A program made the position numbers and the translations under genes. 20,000 nucleotides of DNA, taken from IMG/VR virus record IMGVR_UViG_2579779073_000002. The stretch is one strand, 5' to 3'. Below the pieces are notes generated by a model that was given only the letters and a program-made list of their open reading frames with translations, was not told where the DNA came from and searched no databases. This stretch comes from an uncultured virus (IMG/VR IMGVR_UViG_2579779073_000002). Taxonomy: Duplodnaviria; Heunggongvirae; Uroviricota; Caudoviricetes. Position 1 is the first letter of the stretch. The number at the start of each line of letters is the position of its first letter. Below are positions 10,640-19,312 of this stretch, piece by piece.

Positions 10640-13600
10640 ATGATTAAGCAATCTGATTTAGCCCTCGCTGCATGGAAGGCAACTGAACGGACGTTGGATG
10701 CAGTTGTCACAATTAACAAGATTGACTATAAAACGACAGATATTGCATCCATTTCATATGACGCAGGTGGCTATACTGGAGATACGTTTGGTATTGGTTC
10801 GAATTATGAAAACAGCGTGACAATTAAGTTTTCACACTTAATTGAAGGACTTAAACCTGGCATGACGGTATGGCCTAAGATTGGCATAAAAACATCTAAT
10901 GGCTACGAGTATAGCTCGCTTGGCCTCTTTATCGTATCAGATGACATTCAAATGGACCGAAACAACGATGAGACAACAATTAAGGCATATGACCAGATGT
11001 GTCTATTGGAGGGTACCTACACTTCTAAGTTAACTTACCCTGCGAAAATGACCAGTGTGATTGCAGAAATTGCAAATTTGGCTGGCGTGTTACTCAATAC
11101 AACTGACATTAGTCGTTTGCCTGTACAAGTTAACTTACCGAGTGCTATTACCGGTCAAACGTATCGAAATGCAATTGGCATGATTGCTCAATTTTATGCT
11201 GGATTTGCAACGTTTGATAGGGACGGCAAATTAACAATTCGCACGATTACAGAGCCAGATTATACATTAGACCCGAGCCAATATGAACAAGGTGGCTTAA
11301 CAAAAAATGAAGCACCATACAAAATTGGCGGTATTCAGTGTGAGGTCACAACGACTACTACGGATTCAACAGGTCAGAGTACCGAAACTACAAACACGCT
11401 TCAAGTAGGGGCAGCGTCAGGATCACAGATTAAACTCACCAACAATTTGATGACAATGGATCGTTTAGCATCAATATGGCAACAGTTACAAAGCTTGACC
11501 TTCTACCCTTTCAGTTTGAATTGGTTTGGCAATCCTGCAATAGAAGCTGGCGATTGGCTAACACTACAGGATACTAAAGGAAACAAGTTCAACGTGCCTA
11601 ATAATGGTTATACTATGACGTTTGATGGCAGTTTGTCTGCTGTTTCTAAAGCAGATCAGACCTCAACCTCTAGTAGTAGCTATGCTTGGCGAGGCGAGCT
11701 ATCACAATATGTTGCTGACTTAGGTGGACGGCAAGGTGCTTCAGGTAACTATATCTATGGTACAGATACAACTGAACCGCCATACGGAGCTAAATTTAAC
11801 GATATCTGGTACAAGCAGAACGGTAATAAAGTTGAATTGTGGACTTACGAGCGTCAGGCAGATGGAACTGGTAAATGGGTACTTACTGTGTCGGACGCTA
11901 CTGGGGAAGAAGTGAAAGCAAAAGTTGACCAAGTGGAACTGGAAGCTAAGGCTAGTACAGATGCAGCTAAAGCGGCCAGTGATAAAGCTGACCAGCTTGC
12001 GGCCAAGTACGATGATACGAATGCACTAGCTCATCAAGCAGTAGACAAAGCTGTAAGTGCCCAAAGTGACGCTAGTATCGCAGTTGCCACAGCAAACTCA
12101 ACAGCTTCGGGATTTGGTAGAGTTGAAGGAAAAGCTGGCAATGCCTTATCCAGTGCCTTGAATGCTCAAAGTGCTGCTAGTGACGCAGTTAAACAGGCTT
12201 CTTCTGCAGCCGCTGACTCTAAAGATGCTAAGCAAATTGCTGGATCAGTTAGCCAGAGTTATAAGACGTTAACAGACGGATCAACTATGACTATCGCTGA
12301 ACTACAGAATGGCCTAGCTGCTAAGTTGACTAAAAGTGACTTGGACGGATATTCCACCCAGACCTGGACTCAAAATCAGATTAAAATGACTGCTGATGGA
12401 ATTAACGGAACCATGTCCAGCATCAAGAGTACTGTTGATAGTCAGACTACCAGCATTAATGACCTCAAGGCTGACTCAAACTCGTTTAAGAGCCAATTTG
12501 ATACTGTCACTAAAACGTTGGGCAAGCAAACTACCGATATTGGTTCTTTACAGGCATCGTCTAAGGAATTAACTACTGGGTTTAATACGCTTACAACTGA
12601 TAACACGACCAATAAGAACGACATTAGTCAGTTGAAACAAACTGCCACTGAAGTAAGCAGTACCTTAGAAACTGTTCAGACGCAGGTTCAAGATAGTGCT
12701 ATTGGGACGAACTTATTACTCAACACTGGTGATGATAATGACGCAAGTCATCCTGTTAAAATGCTTACTGGGAACTTAACCGTATCTGGCTACTTGTCTA
12801 GAACAAAAGAGTATACCCAGGTAACTGCTCCGCCATCCCCATCATCTGAGATGTACTACCGATTTGGTGGTCCAGAAGCAAATGAAATGCATGGTTTGGA
12901 GCCAGGTCAAACGTATACTATTCAAGGTGAGGTATCCGTATCCAAAGGTGACGTTAGGTTTAGAGCCCAACGATGTACGGCCGCAGGCGGATGGTATGAC
13001 TTTGGCAAGGGAATATCCAGTATACTAGTATCCAATACTGATAGCTTTGTTACTATCAGTTATACGTTTACAATACCTGACGGAACTACGGCTATTTACA
13101 CTAGTTGGCAGGTTGATGGGTACGACTCGACCACGATTTTAAGATTCAGGAGAATGAAACTTGAAAAAGGGTCCGTAGCCACCGATTTCTCTGTCAATCC
13201 ATTAGATACAGCGACTGTGAGTGCTTTCTCTAATCTTTCTCAAACGGTTGACGGTATGAAAGCTGATATCTCTAAGAAGATTGAGCAGAAGGATCTTAAT
13301 GGATATGCCACCGAAACATGGGCACAAAACCAGATTAATATTAGCGCTAATGGTATCAATGGAACTATTTCAAGCGTTAAGAACACCGTCGATGGGCACA
13401 CAACCAGCATTAGTGCCCTTCAAGTTGATTCAAACGGGTTTAAAGCGCAGTTTCAGACTGTCAATGGCACGTTGGGCCAGCACACTACTGATATCGGTTC
13501 TTTGCAAGCATCCTCTAAAGAATTGAGTTCTAATTTTAGTTCTTTGAGTACTGACAATAACACTAATAAGAACGATATTAGTCAACTCAAACAGACTGCT

Positions 13601-16018
13601 AAGGGATTTAGTAGTACCTTGTTGACTGTTCAGCAGCAAGTTAGTGACAGTGCCGTTGGTACAAACTTACTTGCGAATACAGCGGACAATGGTGTTGGCC
13701 CGGTCTCAATCCAAGGGGACAATTCAACTCCTCAGTACAATGCGTCTATGGTAAGAAACGATAGCTACATTGAAATGACAAAACCTACGGGCTCTGAAAT
13801 GTATTACCGTTTCTGCAATATTGACGGTAGCATGCACAATCTTAAGCCAGGGCAAACATACACTATTCAAGGTGAAGTATATGTAAGCAAAGGGGCTGTG
13901 CATTTCAGATCACAATATCAATTAAATGGCGGTTGGGCGAATTACTCCGGTAACGAGTCTGGGGACCTAGCTACTAATACCTCAGGATTTGTGAAAGTTA
14001 AATACACATTCACGATACCTGCAAATGCAACCGCATTTTACCTGAGCTGGCAAGTGTACAACTTCGACTCAACGACTGTATTCCGATTCCGGAGAACGAA
14101 ACTTGAAGTTGGAGGCAATGCGACTGATTACTCAACAAGTCCATTGGACAACGCCACAGTCACAGCTGTTTCAAGTATCTCTCAAACTATTGATTCCGTT
14201 AAAACAACTGTACGTGGAAAGGCGGACCAATCCACGGTAACCCAATTGAGTGGCCAGATAACTTCGGTTGTAGGAAAAGTCGATACCATTGGGACAAGAA
14301 ATTTTGTGACTAACTCACAGTTCCAATACGATTATCTGGCCGGACCATCTTGGACCGGTGGCACTACTGCTATGTGGTATAAGTCAGATTATGCTTGGTC
14401 ATGGGTTAATGGGTATCAAGGTATTTGCATTAATCAACCAACAACGACGGATGATAGTGTTTGGTATAATTTGTTCTCAAGAAAAATGGTTATTGGCCAA
14501 GATATCTCGACTCCTTGGTCAGCTAGTGCTTATTTAAATGTGGATACCGTTGGCATTGCTGCAATGATTATTGTTGAATTTTATGACACTAAGGGTGTTC
14601 GTATTGGCTATAAGGAAACGCATAAAACCACACGTGGACTGGAACTAATTAAAGTTGAAAATGCTGTTCCCCCGGCTGGAACTGAAACAGTTTGTCTTTC
14701 ATATCGTGTTCATGGTGGTGGCCATATTGCTATGATATGCCCAATGCTCAACCAAGGAACCACTGCTGCTGCATACGTTCCTGATATTACAACCAATGCA
14801 GACCTTGAGCATGCATATTCTGCTATCCTTCAAACTCAAGACCAGATCACTCTTCGTGTTGAGAAGAATGGGGTTATTAATGCAATCAATGTCACCCCTG
14901 AAAAAATCAAAATATCTGGTAATAAACTGCATATTACAGCGGACACCTACATTGATAATGAGATCGTTAAGAACTCTATGATTGAGAACCTAAGCGCCGA
15001 TAAACTCACTGCCGGTACTATCAATGCTGATATAATACAAGTAATCCATTTGAATGCGAACAATATCACAACTGGTACGATTAACGGTAGTAACCTATCA
15101 ATTAATCTTAATACCGGTAATGTCGAGTTCCAGAAAGGACGTATCCATTCGTCTGATAATGCGATTGATATTAACATTAATAGCAAGTATATGTCAGTTG
15201 CTGACAAGGATAACCGTATACTCATATCTGGCGGGGAAATCCAAATGATCCAACCGCAATTTTTCGACCGTCAAACTAGCCCATATGTTCGTATCAGTAA
15301 TGCTCAGGCAGGGGCCTCTTGGGGTGGTGCAACTTTCTGGGGGCGTGACTATTTTGCGGTCACTAACGGGGCTAACGATGGAAGTATCTTTTCTTCGCCA
15401 CTGGGAGAAGAAAAGTTCGCAGGCATTTCTGGAGGGCATTCGACCTCCGGATGGCAAGTAACCAAGATCGGCGGTGCCGAACGGGGTGTGATTATATCTG
15501 GGGGTAGAGAATATAATAATGGCTACATTAGCTATTCGCCATTTATAAGAGTTGGTGATCCTGGTCATGCAGGGACGGGTCTACATGGTAAGAACATCAC
15601 TGTGATGGCCGATTACATTTATCTAAACTCTCCTCATTCAACATCTCATGGTGCGAACGCATATTTGGCCCCCGATGGGGCCTTAGTTCCATCGAATTCC
15701 GCTGCTAAGTACAAGACCGATATTGTTCGAACATTTGAAACCCAGCTAGGTGATAAACTTCTAGAAGTTCCAGTTGCACATTGGAAAGACAAGGAAGAGG
15801 TATTAACCAAGACCCTTGACCCTGATGCTAAAACTCCAGAAACTTACTTTGGAATGATCGCCGATGATCTGGATGATGCTGGTCTGAACGAACTTGTTGA
15901 ATACGATGACAAAGGGGCAGTCAGGGGTATCCAGTATGACCGAGTCGCATTAGCTCTTATCCCGTTGATTCGTAATTATCGGGATCGTATAACTGAATTA
16001 GAAACTAAAGTCAAATAA
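10640..16018 (+). CDS. Large tail/host-specificity protein: baseplate-hub-like N-terminus, coiled coils, three carbohydrate-binding-like modules, C-terminal intramolecular chaperone (peptidase S74-like)
   Basis: 1792 aa. Modules start IGTNLLLNT, VGTNLLANT and IGTRNFVTNS and end KLEKGSVATDF, KLEVGGNATDY and MLNQGTTAAAY. Then LSADKLTAGTINA repeats and a C-terminal SAAKYKTDI...GMIADDL...IQYDR plus coiled coil. Confidence 0.85.
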   Translation: MIKQSDLALAAWKATERTLDAVVTINKIDYKTTDIASISYDAGGYTGDTFGIGSNYENSVTIKFSHLIEGLKPGMTVWPKIGIKTSNGYEYSSLGLFIVSDDIQMDRNNDETTIKAYDQMCLLEGTYTSKLTYPAKMTSVIAEIANLAGVLLNTTDISRLPVQVNLPSAITGQTYRNAIGMIAQFYAGFATFDRDGKLTIRTITEPDYTLDPSQYEQGGLTKNEAPYKIGGIQCEVTTTTTDSTGQSTETTNTLQVGAASGSQIKLTNNLMTMDRLASIWQQLQSLTFYPFSLNWFGNPAIEAGDWLTLQDTKGNKFNVPNNGYTMTFDGSLSAVSKADQTSTSSSSYAWRGELSQYVADLGGRQGASGNYIYGTDTTEPPYGAKFNDIWYKQNGNKVELWTYERQADGTGKWVLTVSDATGEEVKAKVDQVELEAKASTDAAKAASDKADQLAAKYDDTNALAHQAVDKAVSAQSDASIAVATANSTASGFGRVEGKAGNALSSALNAQSAASDAVKQASSAAADSKDAKQIAGSVSQSYKTLTDGSTMTIAELQNGLAAKLTKSDLDGYSTQTWTQNQIKMTADGINGTMSSIKSTVDSQTTSINDLKADSNSFKSQFDTVTKTLGKQTTDIGSLQASSKELTTGFNTLTTDNTTNKNDISQLKQTATEVSSTLETVQTQVQDSAIGTNLLLNTGDDNDASHPVKMLTGNLTVSGYLSRTKEYTQVTAPPSPSSEMYYRFGGPEANEMHGLEPGQTYTIQGEVSVSKGDVRFRAQRCTAAGGWYDFGKGISSILVSNTDSFVTISYTFTIPDGTTAIYTSWQVDGYDSTTILRFRRMKLEKGSVATDFSVNPLDTATVSAFSNLSQTVDGMKADISKKIEQKDLNGYATETWAQNQINISANGINGTISSVKNTVDGHTTSISALQVDSNGFKAQFQTVNGTLGQHTTDIGSLQASSKELSSNFSSLSTDNNTNKNDISQLKQTAKGFSSTLLTVQQQVSDSAVGTNLLANTADNGVGPVSIQGDNSTPQYNASMVRNDSYIEMTKPTGSEMYYRFCNIDGSMHNLKPGQTYTIQGEVYVSKGAVHFRSQYQLNGGWANYSGNESGDLATNTSGFVKVKYTFTIPANATAFYLSWQVYNFDSTTVFRFRRTKLEVGGNATDYSTSPLDNATVTAVSSISQTIDSVKTTVRGKADQSTVTQLSGQITSVVGKVDTIGTRNFVTNSQFQYDYLAGPSWTGGTTAMWYKSDYAWSWVNGYQGICINQPTTTDDSVWYNLFSRKMVIGQDISTPWSASAYLNVDTVGIAAMIIVEFYDTKGVRIGYKETHKTTRGLELIKVENAVPPAGTETVCLSYRVHGGGHIAMICPMLNQGTTAAAYVPDITTNADLEHAYSAILQTQDQITLRVEKNGVINAINVTPEKIKISGNKLHITADTYIDNEIVKNSMIENLSADKLTAGTINADIIQVIHLNANNITTGTINGSNLSINLNTGNVEFQKGRIHSSDNAIDININSKYMSVADKDNRILISGGEIQMIQPQFFDRQTSPYVRISNAQAGASWGGATFWGRDYFAVTNGANDGSIFSSPLGEEKFAGISGGHSTSGWQVTKIGGAERGVIISGGREYNNGYISYSPFIRVGDPGHAGTGLHGKNITVMADYIYLNSPHSTSHGANAYLAPDGALVPSNSAAKYKTDIVRTFETQLGDKLLEVPVAHWKDKEEVLTKTLDPDAKTPETYFGMIADDLDDAGLNELVEYDDKGAVRGIQYDRVALALIPLIRNYRDRITELETKVK
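12338..14220 (+). repeat. Diverged tandem duplication of a ~318-codon coiled-coil plus binding-module unit inside the tail protein
   Basis: DLDGYSTQTW at 12338 vs DLNGYATETW at 13292; DIGSLQASSKEL at 12536 vs 13490 (offset 954 nt); EMYYRF at 12848 vs 13796. Confidence 0.9.
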
Positions 16019-16039
16019 ATGAAAGAGGCATAGTTAATT

Positions 16040-16489
16040 ATGACAGCAAGAAAAGAAGAAGTAACATTCACAAATGGGCAACTGGTGACCATTGGAAACA
16101 CTTTAGCAGCGTTCAAGCTTAAAGGTCGAGCTTCTCTTGGGCGCACCTGGTTGATCAATCATCTTGAAGACCTAAACAAGCAATTTAACGCTGACCAATT
16201 AGCAACACAAAAGAACTTTTTTAAAACAGATGAAACCGGAGATTTTATTTATCAGAAAGACAAAAAGACTCTAATTCTGAAAGATGACTACACCATGGAC
16301 GAAGCTCAAAAAGAGTTTGATCAATTAGTTAACGAACCTGTAAGCATTGAAATCAGCTCATATTCTGCACGAATGAAAGCTTTATTTCATGCACTTGAGG
16401 ACTATCCATATGAGATGGAAGGGCAAGTAGCTCAAGTATACGCATTAGTATTTGATCAGTTCGATAAAGCATATGGAAAAGGGGAATAA
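16040..16489 (+). CDS. Conserved phage hypothetical protein (DUF1617-like)
   Basis: 149 aa, GAGG RBS; LKGRASLGRT motif recalled from lactobacillus phage proteins located between tail and lysis genes. Confidence 0.6.
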   Translation: MTARKEEVTFTNGQLVTIGNTLAAFKLKGRASLGRTWLINHLEDLNKQFNADQLATQKNFFKTDETGDFIYQKDKKTLILKDDYTMDEAQKEFDQLVNEPVSIEISSYSARMKALFHALEDYPYEMEGQVAQVYALVFDQFDKAYGKGE

Positions 16490-16491
16490 TG

Positions 16492-16926
16492 ATGGAATTA
16501 TTAAACACTAGCATCTCTTATAATATAGATGGAACTGGTAATACAAGCTCTGTAATTGCAGGCCTTCGTGGTGAAGTAGAAGGTCGAGTAACTATTACAG
16601 CAAATGTCACTATTTATCCGACTGACTTAGCTAAAGATGAAACTTTCGATGATCTAACCAAAAAAGAATTATCCAAACGTGCGGTGGATAAGATTCCATC
16701 AGTAATTGACTCTCTAATTGCAGTTAATGGTGGGTGGAGTTTTACTGCTGGCAAGATTTCATCGGTATCCACTCAATTTAATCAGTCTGAAACTGGCACA
16801 TATGTGAATGCGAATGTTACTGCCACTGAATCAGATTTTTCAGATAAGAAGTTAGACGATGTTACGATGTCGGAGGCGCAGAGTGTGCTGCAATCCATTC
16901 TTAAGAATGAATTGCCAACATCATAA
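16492..16926 (+). CDS. Hypothetical phage protein with an internal two-fold repeat
   Basis: About 144 aa, AAGGGG RBS, tandem ATGs at 16489 and 16492; the two halves share SSV...ANVT....D....[FL]DD[LV]T..E. Confidence 0.7.
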   Translation: MELLNTSISYNIDGTGNTSSVIAGLRGEVEGRVTITANVTIYPTDLAKDETFDDLTKKELSKRAVDKIPSVIDSLIAVNGGWSFTAGKISSVSTQFNQSETGTYVNANVTATESDFSDKKLDDVTMSEAQSVLQSILKNELPTS

Positions 16927-17053
16927 GTATTAAGTGAAAGATGAACTTTGAAGAGATGGTGAATTGAAAATTAATAAGTTAAAACGACTAGGCCAGTGTA
17001 TTTTAGGACGCTTTTGACCGTTCAATCAGGAATGACAAATAGGAGGTAAACAA

Positions 17054-18227
17054 TTGAATAAGCACAAGTTAAAGGCACTCATCTTAACGGTGGGCGCCAT
17101 TTTTATGGTCCTTTTTAATGGTCAATGTTACCAGTCAGGCTTCAACTAGTCGTGACCAAGGGGTCGACTGGTCTAAGTATAACGGCAATAGTGGGATATT
17201 CGGCTATAGCACCGATAAGTTCGTGCTCTCACAGGCAGGTGGCTTTTATGGTGGCACTAATATTCCTCAGACCACGTATAACAGCCAAGTTAAATCAGCT
17301 CAACAGGCTGGTAAACGAGTGCATACCTATTTATGGGACGGTGTCGGTGGCAATATGACCAATGCCAAGGCGATGATGGCCTATTACTTGCCACGGATTA
17401 TGACGCCCAAGGGTAGTATTGTCGCACTAGACTATGAGGACGGTGCTTCTAATAGTGTGACAGCCAACACTAATGTCATTCTAGCCCAGATGGCCCTCAT
17501 TAAAGCGGCTGGTTATACCCCTATGTTGTATTCCGGTAAAGCTTACCTCAATGCTCATGTTAACACTAGCGCCATTGTTAAAGCCTATGGTAATTGCCTA
17601 TGGCTAGCTGAGTATCCAGACTACTTGGTTAGAACTAGCCCTGATTATAACTGGTTTCCATCAATGGACGGTGTGGCTATCTTCCAATTCACTAGCATGT
17701 ATAAAGCAGGTGGATTAGACGGCAATGTTGACCTAACGGGAATTACTAAATCAGGCTACACGACTGCTAGCAAGAAACAAGCTCAAGCCAATGTTAAGAA
17801 GGCTCAGGCCACTAAGCAGGCCACCTTTAAGGTCGTTAAATACAGCCAGCTAGGGGTGTTCTATCCTAATCTGACACTAGCTGTTCGCTACACGGATAGC
17901 GACAAAGTTAGCCAAGTGGCTACCTATCATAAGGGTGAGAGTGTAACTTACAACGCTGTCATTATTGAACATGACTATGTATGGGCACGCTACACCCGTT
18001 CAAATGGCCTGTACGGCTTTATTAAACTAGGCGTCACCAATGGTCAAGCCTACGGGAAGCGAGTTACTGGTAAGCTGGTTAGTCATACGTATTATACAGT
18101 CAAGTCTGGCGACAGTTGGTGGTCAATTGCTCAGCGAAACGGCCTAAGTATGACTACATTAGCTAGTCAGAATGGCAAGACGATTTACACCACTATCTAT
18201 CCTGGCCAGCGATTGGTGGTGCGGTAA
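17054..18227 (+). CDS. Endolysin (GH25 muramidase + SH3_5-like + LysM) with N-terminal signal peptide; +1 frameshift near 17108-17117 as assembled
   Basis: AGGAGG at 17041-17046, then TTG 17054 gives MNKHKLKALILTVGAIFM, which runs out of frame to TAG 17147-17149. The catalytic frame 17118..18227 has GVDWSKY, ALDYE and LDGNVD, an SH3-like region at about 17840-18035 and LysM YYTVKSGDSWWSIA at about 18090-18224. Confidence 0.88.
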
Positions 18228-18524
18228 TTGCATACACTATTAGGATTAGGATGGGATGAATGGGGATCAATTGTTGCCATTGTCGCTAGTATTTGTGTAC
18301 TAGCTAATTGGATTCTAAATAAGACGGTCCGTATCCCGCTTAACGATTTAGGCAAGCGGCTGAGCCATTTTACCGATGAAAGTTTAAAAGTGAGGCAGCA
18401 AAATGCTGAAGCAATGAATGCGATTGAAAATCGGGTCATTAAGGTAGAAGGCCGGCTAGATGGTCATGATATGGAATTTAAACATCTATATGAAAAGGAA
18501 GCCAAAGGAAATGAAAAAAATTAG
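18228..18524 (+). CDS. Lysis-module membrane protein (one TM helix + coiled coil)
   Basis: 98 aa starting right after the lysin stop; hydrophobic WGSIVAIVASICVLANWIL followed by a heptad-like IENRVIKVEGRLD. Confidence 0.7.
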   Translation: MHTLLGLGWDEWGSIVAIVASICVLANWILNKTVRIPLNDLGKRLSHFTDESLKVRQQNAEAMNAIENRVIKVEGRLDGHDMEFKHLYEKEAKGNEKN

Positions 18525-18894
18525 TTTTAAGAATGCCGATGGAAGTTTGAACGGTAAATTGATCGCTGGGATTATTTCCTTACTGATCGTTTTGATTCAA
18601 CAAGTCTTTGCCATGTTTGGTGTTAAGTTTACTGGTGATTGGTCAGCGATTATCGCAGTATTGAATACCGTATTAACGATCCTCGGTATGCTGGGCGTTA
18701 TTACTGACGTTCAAACAGTGACAGTACCAACAGTTAAAAGTGACGAGGAAAGCCAAGTTGAAGCGACGGCTAATAAAGTTGCTGACGAAGCGCAAACACC
18801 AACGTCCACAGTCGCTGCAGTGAATAGTTCTGCATCATCTAACACTGAAACGACGTCAGAATCCGCCTCACAATCAGGAGAAAAAATAGTATAA
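18511..18894 (+). CDS. Holin (two TM helices, acidic Ser/Thr-rich C-terminal tail)
   Basis: AAAGGA just before ATG 18511; hydrophobic LIAGIISLLIVLIQQVFAMFGV and IIAVLNTVLTILGMLGVITD; last gene before the terminator. Confidence 0.8.
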   Translation: MKKISFKNADGSLNGKLIAGIISLLIVLIQQVFAMFGVKFTGDWSAIIAVLNTVLTILGMLGVITDVQTVTVPTVKSDEESQVEATANKVADEAQTPTSTVAAVNSSASSNTETTSESASQSGEKIV

Positions 18895-18913
18895 TAATCG
18901 TGAACTGTTCTAG

Positions 18914-18943
18914 TCCCCCATGCTTCGGCGTGGGGGATTTTTT
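18914..18943 (+). terminator. Intrinsic terminator of the late/lysis operon
   Basis: TCCCCCATGC-TTCG-GCGTGGGGGA followed by T6; C(UUCG)G tetraloop. Confidence 0.9.
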
Positions 18944-18958
18944 GTTAACAAAATATAT

Positions 18959-19038
18959 AAAAAAGAGCCAGTCAAGACTGGCCCAATGTTTAAATAAATA
19001 AAATGGGTGTTCTGTTTCTCCTAAGATAATAAAGAACA
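18959..19038 (-). ncRNA. Candidate small RNA B (~80 nt)
   Basis: Minus strand: TTGTTA (19073-19068), 18 nt, TATAAT (19049-19044); 5' hairpin GTGTTCT...AGAACAC; terminator GGGCCAGT-CTTG-ACTGGCTC-T6. Confidence 0.5.
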
Positions 19039-19110
19039 CAGTTATTATACATTAAACCTGATTAATATAACAAGGACTTATTAATATTTTTCTATAGATT
19101 ACTTTCGGTA

Positions 19111-19139
19111 TTGTGATATAAACCGACAAGTGTTATTAT
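19111..19139 (+). promoter_or_regulatory. Putative sigma-70-type promoter with extended -10
   Basis: TTGTGA 19111-19116, 17-nt spacer, TG-T-TATTAT (-10 at 19134-19139). Confidence 0.55.
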
Positions 19140-19144
19140 GTCCC

Positions 19145-19252
19145 TTGTCCTGTTATTAGTATCACAGCTTTCAAATCCCCCTAAGATTGTCGGTTAGTGG
19201 TGCCGGAAGTGATGAGGATAATCTTCTGCTTGATGAGTGGAAGATTTTTTTT
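19145..19252 (+). ncRNA. Candidate small RNA C (~107 nt; longer if transcribed from upstream)
   Basis: Lies between the 19111-19139 promoter and the terminator at 19220-19252; no RBS-led ORF; contains C-rich AAATCCCCCTAAG. Confidence 0.5.
19220..19252 (+). terminator. Intrinsic terminator
   Basis: AATCTTCTGCT-TGATG-AGTGGAAGATT followed by a T run. Confidence 0.75.
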
Positions 19253-19283
19253 GTGTTGCTTGCCTGTATATTTTGTTAGTGAG

Positions 19284-19312
19284 AGTTTAGATTTAGCATT
19301 ATTAGCTGTCAA
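19284..19312 (-). promoter_or_regulatory. Putative leftward promoter overlapped by an inverted repeat
   Basis: Minus strand TTGACA (19312-19307), 17 nt, TAAACT (19289-19284); ATTAGCT-N8-AGCTAAT at 19301-19322 covers the -35. Confidence 0.55.

Noticed and set aside
12338..14220. Diversity-generating retroelement template/variable repeat pair
   Set aside because: The copies are in-frame, protein-level duplicates diverged at all base types rather than adenine-specifically. No reverse transcriptase is in the window.
341..16158. Numerous 60-180 aa minus-strand and alternate-frame ORFs inside structural genes (e.g. 7750..8289, 15194..15568)
   Set aside because: Shadow ORFs overlapping well-supported genes, with no recognisable motifs.
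18839..19039. 66-aa minus-strand ORF as a moron or toxin
   Set aside because: No RBS, it runs through two terminator hairpins and overlaps the holin end; likely spurious.
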